Below are positions 63,701-64,000 of a stretch of DNA of 64,000 nucleotides, piece by piece. A program made the position numbers and the translations under genes. Every line of letters begins with the position of its first letter. Position 1 is the stretch's first letter. The notes below the pieces were generated by a model. That model was not told the DNA's origin, searched no databases, and saw nothing but the letters and a program-made list of their open reading frames with translations. This stretch comes from Verrucomicrobiota bacterium. GTDB lineage: Bacteria > Verrucomicrobiota > Verrucomicrobiia > Limisphaerales > UBA11358. The stretch lies in NCBI GenBank assembly GCA_050012035.1, contig JBEKHY010000019.1:971-64970 (forward strand), in the 5' to 3' direction.

Positions 63701-64000
63701 CGCGCCGGCGGTGGCAGTGAACACGCACGATTTCCGTTCGGCGGGGTTCCGGCAAATCGGCGCCAAACGCGGGAAAATCGGCCATCCCCTGCCGGGCGTG
63801 AGCGTGCGCATCGTCAGCCCGGAAAATCCGTGGAGCAGTGAAAATCTGCCGGTCGGCCAGCCCGGCCTGATGCTCGTGAGCGGGCCGAATGTGATGCTCG
63901 GCTACCTCGGCAACCCGGAAAAAACCGCCGAGGTGTTGCGCGGCGGTTGGTACATCACCGGTGACATTGCGGCGATTGACGAGGACGGTTTTCTGCAAAT
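60756..64000 (+). CDS. Fusion protein: MFS lysophospholipid transporter (LplT-like), PlsC-type acyltransferase and AMP-dependent acyl-ACP synthetase (Aas-like); 3' end outside the window
   Basis: Found by manual translation, because the ORF runs off the window edge and is absent from the ORF track. It begins with MFS helices (GFWALIVTQFQGAFSDNALKWLVIF...). The acyltransferase box is FVCNHVSFVDALLL (HxxxxD). The AMP-binding motif is VIFSSGSTGDPKGVMLSH. The start is either ATG 60756 or GTG 60852. Confidence 0.85.
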   Translation, partial: MALFRPFTIASGDAARRFFNSQFAARKVSLDAVNETRTPDPRPRTPDATPAAPERPAAPERSEGGRGFWALIVTQFQGAFSDNALKWLVIFIVMGLGLPHDERDRLFGIVGAVFALPFIVFSMTGGFFANRFSKRTVTIGVKCFEILVMLLALTGLATNHLYLTMACVFLMGIHSAIFSPSKYGLLPELLPEKKLSWGNGVLELGTFLAIVGGTVAGGWLCHTFSAQPAWSGAILVTLAVAGLMTSLGITRVPAADPARKFRANFLADLWQQIRIVRRDRTLWLALLGNTYFFAIAALIQLLIVIYTTDALHIRDPAWSSYLQEATLIGIGLGSFAAGYLSGGKIEYGLIPLGAIGLTIGSALLGRHGLSFGAVARDLALLAFFGGFYIVPISALLQHRPAREQKGGVLAAASLLSWVGILLASGAFYLLTVTLKLSPPKIFLLIAGATFASTIYLIWLLPDSLLRFLLWCATHSFYRIRVLGRDHIPEKGGALFVCNHVSFVDALLLLASTDRRVRFMMFKGHYELPYIKPFAKILGIIPISSEQRPREMLKSLQTAGDAIRAGDVVCIFAEGQITRIGHLLPFRRGFERVMKDVAAPIIPVAIDGVWGSLFSFHKGRFLWKQPRRWPYPVTINYGQPLPPTATPVQVRSAVQELLVEAWQARKSRMRSLPIAFINTARNHPFRFAMADAQNPRVSFGAALVRSVFLARRLRTIWSEQRMVGLLLPPSVPGALVNYAALLLGKVPVNLNYTVSEETLASCLRQCDLKTVVTSKMFLEKLKLKLPCETVLLEEAAAKPGIGEQLVALLSAWLVPDRFLQRWLGAERKTRLDDLATVIFSSGSTGDPKGVMLSHYNIGSNVEQLEQVFGLGRRDGVLGILPFFHSFGFTGTLGLPAVLGVGVVYHPNPLEAKAIGPLVRDHRLTFLLATPTFLQLYLRGCSAEDFGSLRVVMTGAEKLPDRLAAAFEEQFGLRPLEGYGCTECAPAVAVNTHDFRSAGFRQIGAKRGKIGHPLPGVSVRIVSPENPWSSENLPVGQPGLMLVSGPNVMLGYLGNPEKTAEVLRGGWYITGDIAAIDEDGFLQ

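Noticed and set aside
61253-63998. Several 150-420 aa ORFs on both strands (61253-61699, 61706-62572, 62579-63841, 62142-63314, 63405-63998)
   Set aside because: All are off-frame or antisense to the open-ended LplT-PlsC-Aas frame, which carries three sets of family motifs.
1-64000. tRNA, rRNA, tmRNA, RNase P or SRP RNA genes in the larger spacers (1616-2101, 7261-7683, 33863-34095, 35041-35264, 38108-38392)
   Set aside because: I saw no T-loop GGTTCGA-type motifs, no cloverleaf-compatible arms and no conserved RNase P or tmRNA boxes. The spacers are explained by the dispersed repeat modules.

Overview
High-GC bacterial chromosomal segment. The gene content and repeat content look like the PVC superphylum, probably Verrucomicrobiota. 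This taxon call is an inference from a PEP-CTERM protein, prepilin-type pseudopilins, secreted proteins ending in FYR[LV], and dense short intergenic repeat modules.

Most of the window is housekeeping:
- gltB-gltD, mnmA, a glutathione peroxidase and prs.
- rplY-pth-rpsF-ssb-rplI.
- ilvB.
- A GH51/kduI/kduD/DUF4861/eda sugar-acid locus.
- The mntH/mntR pair.
- A pilMNOPQ type IV pilus operon.
- An LplT-PlsC-Aas fusion gene that runs off the right edge.

Accessory or unusual content:
1. A 6.8 kb segment of visibly lower GC (20111-26890) lies between prs and rplY-pth. It carries two secreted proteins (one Gly-rich, one a repeat-containing lipase) and a two-gene restriction-modification cassette. 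The cassette is bracketed by ~57-60 bp direct repeats that appear to duplicate the rplY promoter.
2. A GxxExxY (PD-(D/E)XK) gene cassette with hairpin terminal-inverted-repeat elements on both sides splits gltB from gltD.
3. A Val-rich leader peptide and attenuator hairpin precede ilvB.
4. A 52-bp three-way-junction palindromic element occurs twice in opposite orientations, each time overlapping a stop codon.
5. A DinJ antitoxin sits next to an eroded YafQ toxin.
6. A membrane-anchored protein carries two tandem receiver modules and lies directly downstream of a minor-pseudopilin trio.
7. There is a eukaryote/archaea-type DRG-like GTPase and a TM-Mrr-zinc-finger nuclease.
8. Two uncharacterised clusters are present: small membrane proteins with a B12-radical SAM enzyme, and DUF2157 ... 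GDYXXLXY.

I found no rRNA, tRNA or CRISPR array. All calls come from reading the translations and the DNA by eye. No searches or statistics were run.
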